A stretch of DNA of 64,000 bases from Candidatus Thorarchaeota archaeon (GTDB lineage: Archaea; Asgardarchaeota; Thorarchaeia; Thorarchaeales; Thorarchaeaceae). The position numbers and the translations under genes were made by a program. The stretch's first letter is position 1. Every line of letters starts with the position of its first letter. Below the pieces are notes generated by a model, which made no database searches, was not told the DNA's origin, and saw only the letters and a program-made list of their open reading frames with translations. The stretch covers positions 1 to 64,000 of the forward strand of contig JBHLRZ010000010.1 of NCBI GenBank assembly GCA_048882045.1. The letters run 5' to 3'. Shown here piece by piece: positions 39,950-49,371 of the stretch.

Positions 39950-40159
39950 ATGGCAGCAGTAACGAAAGAAATGAGCATTGGCGAGGTCGTAATGAAGTGG
40001 CCTGAAACAGCAGCGGCCTTCTTGGAGCATGGACTAATGTGCTACGGATGCGCCGCCGCAAGATACGAAACCATCGAGCAGGGAGCACAAGCACACGGCA
40101 TCGATCCAGATGAGCTCATCAAGGCAATCAACGAAGAGATTGAAAAGAAGGAGAAATAG
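39950..40159 (+). CDS. DUF1858 (ScdA_N-like) protein
   Basis: MSIGEVV..WPE...GLMCYGCAAARYETIEQGAQAHGID. Confidence 0.88.
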   Translation: MAAVTKEMSIGEVVMKWPETAAAFLEHGLMCYGCAAARYETIEQGAQAHGIDPDELIKAINEEIEKKEK

Positions 40160-40196
40160 ACTCCTTCCTGAGCCCTCTACATAGGGGACTTTATCA

Positions 40197-41054
40197 TTAT
40201 TTCTCATTAGGTTTAGTACGACCGTAGAGACGGCCAGTTTCTTCCTCAGTCATCTCGAAACTGTGCTCAGGGTCTGGAAACTTTCCCTCACGGACTTCCT
40301 TTGAATAATCAGAAACTGCATTCTTGATCATTTCTCTCACATTAGCGTATTTCTTAACGAACTTTGGTTTGAAGTCTTCAAAGAGACCCAGCATATCCCA
40401 GAGTACAAGGACCTGTCCATCACAGTATGGTCCCGCTCCGATTCCAATTGTGGGGATGTTCACCGACTCTGTAATGACCTTAGCAGTTTCGCTTGGAACA
40501 AGCTCTATGACCATCGAGAATGCTCCTGCTTCTTCTAGTTGAACAGCTTGGTCGATCAGCATTTTGGCCATATCAGCTGTACGACCTTGGATACGGTATC
40601 CGCCCAGTTGGAATATGGACTGAGGTGTAAGACCGATGTGGCCCATGACTGGAATTCCTACATCCACAATTGACCTAACGATGTCCACCACAGGTTTAGT
40701 TCCACCTTCGATCTTGACAGCTTCAGCACCACCCTCCTGCAACATGAGCCCACAGTTCTCCAATGCCTGTTGGGTACTGACTTTATAGGACATGAAAGGC
40801 ATGTCCCCCACAATCAGACTATCTGGTCTGGCTCTGGCAACCGCGGCACAATGATGGATCACATCTTCTAATGTAACAGGAATTGTGCTCTCATAACCTA
40901 ACAAGGAGTTCCCTACTGAATCTCCCACTAGAATCATGTCCACTCCCACCTCACTTAGTATCGATGCTGTGGGAGCATCGTAGGAAGTGAGCATCACTAT
41001 CTTCTTACCTTTCTTCTTCATGAGACGGATACTGTGTGTGGTTTTTCTTGCCAA
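40197..41054 (-). CDS. panB: 3-methyl-2-oxobutanoate hydroxymethyltransferase
   Basis: MLTSYD, LVGDS, GDMPF, VKIEGG, GHIGLTPQ and IGIGAG..CDGQVLV motifs. Confidence 0.96.
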   Translation of the reverse strand: MARKTTHSIRLMKKKGKKIVMLTSYDAPTASILSEVGVDMILVGDSVGNSLLGYESTIPVTLEDVIHHCAAVARARPDSLIVGDMPFMSYKVSTQQALENCGLMLQEGGAEAVKIEGGTKPVVDIVRSIVDVGIPVMGHIGLTPQSIFQLGGYRIQGRTADMAKMLIDQAVQLEEAGAFSMVIELVPSETAKVITESVNIPTIGIGAGPYCDGQVLVLWDMLGLFEDFKPKFVKKYANVREMIKNAVSDYSKEVREGKFPDPEHSFEMTEEETGRLYGRTKPNEK

Positions 41055-41155
41055 GGCGTTATCTCCACTCTAGACAATATAGTATGCCCTTGATATATAT
41101 TCGTCACACAGAATGTATAATGTATATACATTTGAGTGGAGCTCGTACTCTTCGA

Positions 41156-44068
41156 TTACAGGTCAATACCTTTCCTTCTGAATCGACGTTTATACCACTC
41201 CATTCCTCCAATTGCTGGGATTGAAGCAGCAATACATACAATCCAATCGTTGATTGTGAGTGGTGCAAAGTAGAACTCGAGTCCATACGGAGCGAGAATC
41301 TCCTGAGCCAGTGGAACGTACATCAGTAGGTAGTGTGCCAGATAGATCAGACCAATCAGAATAACGAATATCCATGTACCAGGCTCTCGAATGCTCTCCG
41401 ACAGAGGCATGTTGATTCGCCGAATGATCAGGACCATTGTACTCTCGACAATCAGAATCACTGAGAGTAACATCACCGTGGCTTTGAAGACAGGGTCTAT
41501 CACACCATAGTATCCCAGGTTATTCTCAGGATATATGGGTACAATCCCACCCCAAGCTGTCAGAGTTATTGCGTAGACTAAGGTAGCCCCAATGGTCATT
41601 AGGAAAACATTCAGTGCCATGAACTTTGCTAGATTCCGGGTTATGATCTCTTGACTGTCTCGAGGTTTGTCCTCCATTGCCCGTGGCGATGTCCTGTCGA
41701 ATACCAACGCAAGACCGGGGAATGAGTGAGTAGTAACCACCAAGTAGAGACTCTGCCACTGTGATAGCATGTTGATCCATTCAGGCAGAATGAACAGGGC
41801 TCCAAAGAAGATGATACTCTCAAACAGGTTTATGGCTACATAGAAGTAGATCATTATTCTGATCTTGTTGAAGAGACCCCTTCCCTGATGCACACCAGAC
41901 ACGATAGAAGCAAAGCTGTCATCAGTGATAACAAGATCTGCAGCCTCCTTAGCTACGTCCGTACCTGTGATTCCCATGGCGATACCAGCATCACTCATGG
42001 CAAGAGCAAGGGCGTCATTCACACCATCACCAGTCATGGCCACGACACGGTTTTGGTCTTGGTAGCGTTCTACAATCACCTGTTTGTGTTCAGGGTTTAC
42101 CCTAGCGAAAACATTGGTCCTGGCAAAGTCCTCATCACTGATTGAGTCTATCTCAGTACCTTCAACAGCAAGTGAGCTCTCGCCAAAAATACCTAGGTCA
42201 GTTGCTATTGTCTTGGCTGTTGCAGAAGCATCTCCAGTTATCATGATTACATTGATTCCTGCACTGTGACACTCTTGAACAGCTTCACGAACACCCTCTC
42301 GTGGTGGGTCTACAATGCAAGCAAATCCTAGATAGATCAAATCCTTCTCAGTCTTCTCACGAGCGTCTTTGCCTGTCGGAACACTATCCAAGTGTCGATA
42401 AGCGATTGATATCACTCGATAGCCTTTAGCAGCAAAATCATTGGTCATCTCCCTTACACGATTGACAACGTCGGGAGATATCTTCGAGGGAGAGTCCTTC
42501 CCATCAATGTAGGTGCATTTGGTTATCAGGACTTCAGTTGCACCTTTAACGAAGGCCACAAACTTTTTGCCATCCTTGCATATCTTAGACATTCGTTTCA
42601 GTTCTGACTCAAATGGAAACTCCTCCACGACCTCGTACTTCTTGAGGATGGCTTCTTCATCCAATCCGCTCTTTCGGAACATAGTCAGGAGTGCTGCATC
42701 AGTCGGGTCGCCCAATGGCCTCCAGATTGTGCCTTGGTCAGGTATCTCCTCCCTAATGATCTCGGAATCATTGTTTATACCACCACACACAACAAGTCGA
42801 TAGAGACCTTTCCAGGAGAATATGTCCTTCACCTCATCCTCCTCTATGCTGATGGTTGCCGGGTCAGCAGCGCCTTTGAGTAGATAGATACCACCTGTCG
42901 GCTCATAGCCATCACCCTTTACTGAGTATAGGTTATGAGTGTCCCAGATGTACTTGACCGTCATCTGGTTGCGTGTCATAGTGCCTGTCTTGTCGCTGCA
43001 AATGACACTCACTCTTCCAAGGCTCTCGACTGCAGAGAGGTCTCGAATGATGACTCCCTTCTTGGCCATAGCTAGAACACCAGTAAGAAGAACTATGGTC
43101 GTGAGCAGAGGAATGTTGATGGGCATGATGGTCATTGCACGTGTGATTCCTTCTTGAGCCCGTGACATGATTGAATCAATATTGAGATCTATAATTCCAG
43201 TACCATAGACAATCGGATAGAGAAAGACCTGCCAAATGAGTGAAACTGCCATTAGTACAATTGCTGCGATTCCGAGATACTTTGCCAACAGGTTGGTTTT
43301 CTTTCGAAGTGGAATATCCCCTGTATTGAGTTCTCCAAGTGTGCCTTGAATCTTGCCAATCTCGGTCCTTCCTCCTGTTGCAGTCGTGACAACAGTCGCC
43401 ATCCCAGTGGCCACGTAAGAACCGAAGAAGACCATGTTTCGCATGTCAGTGAGAGGCGCATCTTTTCCAATTATTGCATCGTTATCCTTAATGGCTGGAA
43501 CGCTCTCACCAGTCATTGATGCCTCATCTGTGGTCAGGTTAGAACAGCTGATGATTCTACCATCAACAGGGATTCGATCACCCTGCTCAAGGATAACGAT
43601 ATCCCCAGGAACAGCGTCCATTGGAGGAACACTCATCTCAGAACCATTTCGAATCAATCGAGCCTCTCCAGCTGACAGTTGTTCCAGAGCCTCTAGTTTC
43701 TTCTGTGCACGGAACTGCTGGACAATAGCTACTAGGGCATTTACAGCAACGACTCCAAGCCAGACAAGAGCTTGCGCCATCTCGTTCTCGTCTGACGGGA
43801 AAAGGTATGCGATGAGTATCAAAGCAAATGAGCTGACGATGTAGATCGTAATGAGCCAGTTCAGAATCGGAGCGATGTAGACTTTCCAAAATGGCCCTCG
43901 AATCCGTGGGATAGTGTTAGGGCCAAATTCCTCAAATCGTGATTTTACATCAATATCCGACAGACCACGGGCAGGATCTACTTTGAGGACCTCGTATACA
44001 TCCTTGAGGGGCATGGAATGGTAGGGGAGAACGGATTCGTCTTGTGTGATGGCGTCTTCTTCCGACAA
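41156..44068 (-). CDS. P-type ATPase on a P2A-like scaffold with atypical transport site
   Basis: TGES, DKTGT, KGA, DPPR, MITGD and TGDGVND motifs; about 10 TM; TM4 reads PINIP. Confidence 0.93.
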   Translation of the reverse strand: MSEEDAITQDESVLPYHSMPLKDVYEVLKVDPARGLSDIDVKSRFEEFGPNTIPRIRGPFWKVYIAPILNWLITIYIVSSFALILIAYLFPSDENEMAQALVWLGVVAVNALVAIVQQFRAQKKLEALEQLSAGEARLIRNGSEMSVPPMDAVPGDIVILEQGDRIPVDGRIISCSNLTTDEASMTGESVPAIKDNDAIIGKDAPLTDMRNMVFFGSYVATGMATVVTTATGGRTEIGKIQGTLGELNTGDIPLRKKTNLLAKYLGIAAIVLMAVSLIWQVFLYPIVYGTGIIDLNIDSIMSRAQEGITRAMTIMPINIPLLTTIVLLTGVLAMAKKGVIIRDLSAVESLGRVSVICSDKTGTMTRNQMTVKYIWDTHNLYSVKGDGYEPTGGIYLLKGAADPATISIEEDEVKDIFSWKGLYRLVVCGGINNDSEIIREEIPDQGTIWRPLGDPTDAALLTMFRKSGLDEEAILKKYEVVEEFPFESELKRMSKICKDGKKFVAFVKGATEVLITKCTYIDGKDSPSKISPDVVNRVREMTNDFAAKGYRVISIAYRHLDSVPTGKDAREKTEKDLIYLGFACIVDPPREGVREAVQECHSAGINVIMITGDASATAKTIATDLGIFGESSLAVEGTEIDSISDEDFARTNVFARVNPEHKQVIVERYQDQNRVVAMTGDGVNDALALAMSDAGIAMGITGTDVAKEAADLVITDDSFASIVSGVHQGRGLFNKIRIMIYFYVAINLFESIIFFGALFILPEWINMLSQWQSLYLVVTTHSFPGLALVFDRTSPRAMEDKPRDSQEIITRNLAKFMALNVFLMTIGATLVYAITLTAWGGIVPIYPENNLGYYGVIDPVFKATVMLLSVILIVESTMVLIIRRINMPLSESIREPGTWIFVILIGLIYLAHYLLMYVPLAQEILAPYGLEFYFAPLTINDWIVCIAASIPAIGGMEWYKRRFRRKGIDL

Positions 44069-44291
44069 TGCTTCTACCTCTCAAGTAATATTGCTGTACA
44101 AAGACAACAGATAAATCAAACTCGATGGTCCTACCTTCAAGTCCGACAACAGCTGTTGAACGACCGAACCTTTTGAAGCTTTTCCGTTTCATTTTTCAGA
44201 ACATTTCAACCATTACCTGTGCCGATAGGTTCTTGAGGCCTCATGAGTGTTCTCGAATGCCGCACGCGGTAGATACTCATTGGTGCAGACA

Positions 44292-46268
44292 ATGTCAATG
44301 GACTATTACTGGCAGACCACCGACACTCGTAAATCCTCGTCGGAGGGACGACGGATTGTCGCAGCAATCATTATTCTCATGATAGTAATTTCTACAGGGA
44401 TTGTACTCATTCTCCAGGGGGACTTCCCAGGTAGTACTACAAGTGGTAGTCCAGTGAGAGTCGCAATACTAGACTCAGGTATCGACCAAGACTTTTCACT
44501 GCAGGGGCGAGTCGTAGAGGAGAAGAGTTTCATTGAGGTCCAATACGGATACGATCAACCCGACCAAACAGTCACAGATGCCAAACCCGAAAGTGTCCCC
44601 CATGGAACGCTAGTGGCTAAGTTAGTGGCAGAAACACCAAACGCGCAAATTGTAAATGCAAAAGTTTTGAGCTCGGATGGAACTGCAACGACTCTGGCAC
44701 TCGTGGCTGCGATATACTGGGCTGTAGAGCAGAACTGCAGTGTTATTACGATGAGCCTTGGTTCTTCACCTGTGCACAATGACCCATTGGCAGAAACATT
44801 GGAATGGGCCTTCTCTAGGGGAGTTGTCATTGTGTCATCAGCAGGCAATGAAGGAGAAGGAGGCGTCGCTGGAACGAGCATATCATCCCCTAGTGTCTTT
44901 GAACACTGTATATCAGTTGCAGCGCTTTATGAAACCGGTGAGCCTACAGAGTTTTCATCGACAGGTCCGACCAGGTCAAGATACATGAAGCCAGACATCA
45001 GTGCTCCAGGATGGGCGAACATTGCAGGAGGAGTTTACTACGGGACGAGTTTCGCATCTCCCAGGGTTGCTGGAGCGGCCGCTGACTTGATTGGATATTG
45101 CGTGACGAACAACATCACCTATACTCCTGGATCCATTATAACTGCTCTATTGAAAGGAGCCACTCCCGTAGGCAACTATCCGAGCTACATTGTCGGAGCA
45201 GGAAGGCTCAATGTCCAGAACTCACGAAACCTCATCAGCGAGAATAGTGTGGATGGGGATCTTCCAGCTTTCAGTCTAGCTTTCCCTGGAGAGCTGCCAA
45301 TAGATTTTGAGAGGCTCTTTCTAGGGGACACTTACAGATTTGATATTAGGCTCATAACCTCAGGATACACTACTTTTAGTGTCAGCATAACTGGTGACCC
45401 ACTTGGGACCATAGATATCCCATCTACAGTCGTAGTAAATCAGACACGGATTTTTCCTATGACTGTGAACATACCCAGTTCTGGTCTTTCTTCTGTTGAT
45501 GCAACCATTACGTTCACATCTTCTGTTTTTGGATCGTCTGAGCTATCACTGTTGTTTGATGTGACAAGTCCTGTTGCAAGAGTTGCCTTTGACATCAGTC
45601 ATACTGGATGGTCCATTGATTCATACTATGGTCAGTTCAGAGAGTTTTACAAAGAGTTGATTGATAATGACATCTCTGTTACAGAGATACGCAACAGCTC
45701 TGAAACAACACTCTCGTTCCTGCAGGAGTTTGATTCTGTCGTGATCCTAGATCCATGTGTGTACAATGTCAATGAAACAAACCCACTGAATCCCGAAGCA
45801 TTCACCTTGCCCTTCTCATCCTCTGAGAAGGCAGCATATGAGGATTATTTCAATTCGGGAGGTGGAATCTTTGTATCATCTCTCTCATCTGGTGCAACAA
45901 ACCTTACGCAACTCAACAATTTTCTCGACTGGTCTGGATTCGAGATCATAGATTCAGAAATTCCATCATCATCAGAAACTGATCCTATAATTATCGACAA
46001 CATTGACACCCATATCATCACCCAAGGAGTTTCTGGTTTTCATTACCTTGGAGCACCAATCTCAATTCCCAGTGGTGGAAATAGGCTCGCTAGATATGGA
46101 GCGATGCCAGTCATGGGCTATCTAGAGGGAGGCGGAGGAGGAAGACTCGTAGTAACAGGTTCTAATTATATGATAGACAACTATGCTTTCCTTGGAGAAT
46201 ATGGACCTGGGGATGATGCACTGATTGCACTCAGGGTTGTGCTTTGGACTTCAGGACTAATTGTCTAG
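44292..46268 (+). CDS. Membrane-anchored S8 subtilase with C-terminal GIFT/DUF4350-like domain
   Basis: Triad ILDSG, HGT, GTSFASP with SAGN; C-terminal RVAFDISH...YFNSGGGIF...GRLVVTG. Confidence 0.88.
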   Translation: MSMDYYWQTTDTRKSSSEGRRIVAAIIILMIVISTGIVLILQGDFPGSTTSGSPVRVAILDSGIDQDFSLQGRVVEEKSFIEVQYGYDQPDQTVTDAKPESVPHGTLVAKLVAETPNAQIVNAKVLSSDGTATTLALVAAIYWAVEQNCSVITMSLGSSPVHNDPLAETLEWAFSRGVVIVSSAGNEGEGGVAGTSISSPSVFEHCISVAALYETGEPTEFSSTGPTRSRYMKPDISAPGWANIAGGVYYGTSFASPRVAGAAADLIGYCVTNNITYTPGSIITALLKGATPVGNYPSYIVGAGRLNVQNSRNLISENSVDGDLPAFSLAFPGELPIDFERLFLGDTYRFDIRLITSGYTTFSVSITGDPLGTIDIPSTVVVNQTRIFPMTVNIPSSGLSSVDATITFTSSVFGSSELSLLFDVTSPVARVAFDISHTGWSIDSYYGQFREFYKELIDNDISVTEIRNSSETTLSFLQEFDSVVILDPCVYNVNETNPLNPEAFTLPFSSSEKAAYEDYFNSGGGIFVSSLSSGATNLTQLNNFLDWSGFEIIDSEIPSSSETDPIIIDNIDTHIITQGVSGFHYLGAPISIPSGGNRLARYGAMPVMGYLEGGGGGRLVVTGSNYMIDNYAFLGEYGPGDDALIALRVVLWTSGLIV

Positions 46269-46326
46269 GTTCAAAGTGTGTCTTGAAACACTATGATTGC
46301 CGGAAATCCGTGCTTTATATATAAAT

Positions 46327-46432
46327 AGGGGAACGGGTTGAATCACTAACAACCTTTCCGAGTCGAAGTCGGAACATGCCGGTGACAGGGATTAGTCCTT
46401 GGTCGCCGGCTCACCGACACTTCTTTTCCCTT
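46327..46432 (+). ncRNA. Candidate structured RNA upstream of the MFS gene
   Basis: Closing stem AGGGGAA/TTCCCTT with three hairpins (46335-46355, 46356-46374, 46378-46410); all non-Watson-Crick pairs are G-U on the + strand. Confidence 0.5.
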
Positions 46433-46499
46433 GGTATATACCAGCATGCTTAACATAGCGGTTTGTACGAATCTCGATGTCTGGGCGTGAGTCAGAGAT

Positions 46500-47741
46500 T
46501 TGGCAAGATCTACGAAAGCATCCTATGCAGTCCTTGCGGCTGTCACAATGGCACACTTTCTGAATCATGTTTACACAGGAGCATTATCGCCATTCTTACC
46601 TAAGATCCAGGATGACCTAAATCTTGGATATACAGAGGTTGGTATTATCACAAGTGCTGTAGTCATAGCGATGACCTTGTCGCACTTCATTGTTGGCTAC
46701 CTTGGCGACAGAGGCTCTCGCTGGCGTGATGCTTTCATCTCAACTAGCATACTTCTTAGTGCTGTAGCAATGATTCTTGTCAGCTACTCTAGCAGTTTCC
46801 TAATTCTTGCCATCTTCCAATTCTTTCTAGGTGTTGGTGCATCGGGATATCACCCTAGTGTCTTTCCAGCACTTGCTGAGAAATTCCCTCAAAGAGACCT
46901 AGCAAAAGCGACTGGTATTCAAGCCATGGGTGGTCTCGTAGGTATGGCAATGATACCATTCCTAGGAGTAACACTCTATGTCATTTTCAATGACCAATGG
47001 CGACCCTCACTAATTGCACTAGGTGTTATGGGATTCATAGTATTCGTCCCATTCATAATTTTGATGAGATACTCCAGGTCAGGATACGCTGATGGTTTTT
47101 TGGATAAAGAGGAGGAGTGTGAAGGAACAGACGGATGGACCAAAGGATATTGGCTAGGGTTGATTCTCATGGGTTTGAGAGGGATGTCCTTTAGATGTAC
47201 CTCATTGCTAATGCCAGTATATCTGGTAGCCACGTATCCGGTGGACCTAATCGAAGCTGGATACCTGACAACAGTCATGTTGACAGCTGGACTCTTTGGT
47301 GAGATATTAGCTAGCTGGCTCTCGGACAGACTTAACAGACGAGTTCCATTCCTCGTGGTTTCAACAGGACTGGCAACGCCAGCTCTGCTCTTACTGAACT
47401 ATTCGCTAGAGATTTGGGTCCTCATAGCAATGCTGGTTGTTATTGGTTTCTTCTTCTATCTGGGAGTGCCAGCCAACACAGCCTACCTCACTGAGGTCAG
47501 TCCCCGAGAGAACAGAGGCCTCGCTTTTGGTATGCTGTTTTCCATAGGTGCTCTGCCTGGTGCAATATCGCCAATCATCTTTGGGTGGATTGGAGACCTG
47601 TATGGACTCCCTGCATCTATTCTCTTCCTCGTTAGCACAACAATCTTAGCCACTATTGTAGCGCTCCTAATGAAAGATGTCAAACCAAGTGCGTTCGTAG
47701 ATTCTCGGCTCTACCTAGATACTTCTCCTCCAATCGAATAG
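46500..47741 (+). CDS. MFS transporter (Fsr-like)
   Basis: About 12 TM; GYLGDR, YHP, WLSDRLNRR and GWIGDLYG motifs. Confidence 0.92.
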   Translation: MARSTKASYAVLAAVTMAHFLNHVYTGALSPFLPKIQDDLNLGYTEVGIITSAVVIAMTLSHFIVGYLGDRGSRWRDAFISTSILLSAVAMILVSYSSSFLILAIFQFFLGVGASGYHPSVFPALAEKFPQRDLAKATGIQAMGGLVGMAMIPFLGVTLYVIFNDQWRPSLIALGVMGFIVFVPFIILMRYSRSGYADGFLDKEEECEGTDGWTKGYWLGLILMGLRGMSFRCTSLLMPVYLVATYPVDLIEAGYLTTVMLTAGLFGEILASWLSDRLNRRVPFLVVSTGLATPALLLLNYSLEIWVLIAMLVVIGFFFYLGVPANTAYLTEVSPRENRGLAFGMLFSIGALPGAISPIIFGWIGDLYGLPASILFLVSTTILATIVALLMKDVKPSAFVDSRLYLDTSPPIE

Positions 47742-47772
47742 GACACTGATTCATCTGTAGACAATCTGATAT

Positions 47773-48660
47773 ATGGAGAGATTTGGAGAGAAGATAATGT
47801 TCGACTATCACATCCATCCCAATTATTCCATTGATGCAGAAGGAGAGATTGATGAGTTCTGCAGAGCAGCAGTCGAGGTTGGTCTGAAGGAGATTGCTTT
47901 TACAACACACCTAGATACAGACCGGATCGCTGATGACTGTTATGTCAACGTGAAGGGGAAGAGAGTGGATATTTCAGCAAGTGTCTGGCTCGAAGAGTAT
48001 GAGTCAGAGATACGAGATGCTAGCGACAGATTTGTAGACTCAGGTCTTGCAGTCCTATTAGGAGTAGAGGTTGACTGTTTCCCTGGTGTGGAAGAAGCGC
48101 TTCCAGAAAGATTCTTCTCAACAGATTTTGACCTTATTCTTGGATCAGTCCATCTCATTGACCATATTGCTATCTCCGCAGGAGGGAGAGCAGAGGATGT
48201 CCTGAGAAAGTACAACATGGAGGAGTTGGGTGAGAAATACTTCACTCTGATGCTCGACTCCATAGACCTGGATTTGTATGACGTTCTTGCTCATATCGAC
48301 CTCTATAGGAGGTATGGAGAGTCATTCTTTGGTGAAGCTATTCATGACCTCTGGAAGACCTACATCCATGAGCTCAGTAACAAGATGAAAAGCAAGAATG
48401 TGGGCTTTGAGATCAACACGTCCTCTCTGAGAAGAGGGATGAACCAGCCAATGCCAGATGAGCGTATAGTTCATGCGTTAAGGAAAGAGGGTGTTGAAAT
48501 AGTGACAGTTGGTTCTGACGCTCATACTCCGAGTGAGGTTGGTAAAGGAATCGAGGAGGCGCTGCAAATTGCTAGAAGAGCAGGATTCGAGGGTCCATCC
48601 ACATTTAGAAAGAGAGAGCCAGCTATTTGGAAATTGACCAACCGAGGGAAACAGAATTAA
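47773..48660 (+). CDS. PHP-family histidinol-phosphatase-like (HisJ/HisK type)
   Basis: DYHIH..SID, FTTH, GSVH, AHID, EINTS and GSDAH motifs; the start may be ATG 47797. Confidence 0.88.
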   Translation: MERFGEKIMFDYHIHPNYSIDAEGEIDEFCRAAVEVGLKEIAFTTHLDTDRIADDCYVNVKGKRVDISASVWLEEYESEIRDASDRFVDSGLAVLLGVEVDCFPGVEEALPERFFSTDFDLILGSVHLIDHIAISAGGRAEDVLRKYNMEELGEKYFTLMLDSIDLDLYDVLAHIDLYRRYGESFFGEAIHDLWKTYIHELSNKMKSKNVGFEINTSSLRRGMNQPMPDERIVHALRKEGVEIVTVGSDAHTPSEVGKGIEEALQIARRAGFEGPSTFRKREPAIWKLTNRGKQN

Positions 48661-48679
48661 ACCAGCGCAGATTAGACAC

Positions 48680-49324
48680 ATGGATGGAGGAATAATCACC
48701 TTGTCTGGTAATGATGTGGAAAGCCTCCAAACAGCACTACGACTATTGGAGTCGGGCTTGACTGCAGAAGCTATCAAAGTACTCAGAGAGTTGGTCAAGG
48801 ACAGGCCGGACATGATTGAAGGCTGGTATAATCTTGGCTATGCTCTTACAGAAGCAGAGGAGTATGATGAAGCAATCAAGGCATATGATGAAGCGCTGGC
48901 TATTGATAACTTCATCTTTGAGATCTGGTTCAACAAGGGCAACGTTCTGTATGCACTGAAGGATTTTGAGAATGCCAGAGATTGCTACGAAGAAGCTTTG
49001 GAGATAAATCCTGACGATGCTGAGGCATGGAACAACCTCGGAAACTGCTTTTCAAGACTTGCAGAAGGACAAGCTGCAATCGAAGCCTATACTCATGCAG
49101 TAGCCTTGAAACCAGACTATGCAGAGGCATTCTACAACAAGGCCAATGCTCATTTCATTGAGGAACAAGATGACCACGCCATTACATATGCAGAGTACGC
49201 TTTACAGCTGGACCCATCTTTGGCTGAACTTGTGGGTAAATGGATCAATGTAGCAAGAAATAGGATTGCCTCGAGAAAAGAACAGGAAGAGTACAAGCGT
49301 AGACAGATGGGTCAAAGCGAATGA
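48680..49324 (+). CDS. TPR protein
   Basis: WYNLG, WFNKG, AWNNLG and FYNKA repeats. Confidence 0.93.
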   Translation: MDGGIITLSGNDVESLQTALRLLESGLTAEAIKVLRELVKDRPDMIEGWYNLGYALTEAEEYDEAIKAYDEALAIDNFIFEIWFNKGNVLYALKDFENARDCYEEALEINPDDAEAWNNLGNCFSRLAEGQAAIEAYTHAVALKPDYAEAFYNKANAHFIEEQDDHAITYAEYALQLDPSLAELVGKWINVARNRIASRKEQEEYKRRQMGQSE

Positions 49325-49371
49325 TTGTTTGATTCATCACACCTAAAAGGAGTTTCAACAAGGCACACACT

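Noticed and set aside
46321-46350. Resemblance of AATAGGGGAA..GGTTGAATC to a cobalamin riboswitch 5' part
   Set aside because: No GCCACTG/B12-box elements downstream.
46327-46432. tRNA-Arg(TCG)-like reading on the minus strand (TCCGA-CTTCGAC-TCGGA)
   Set aside because: No TTC T-loop or normal D-arm, and the minus-strand stems contain A-C mismatches.
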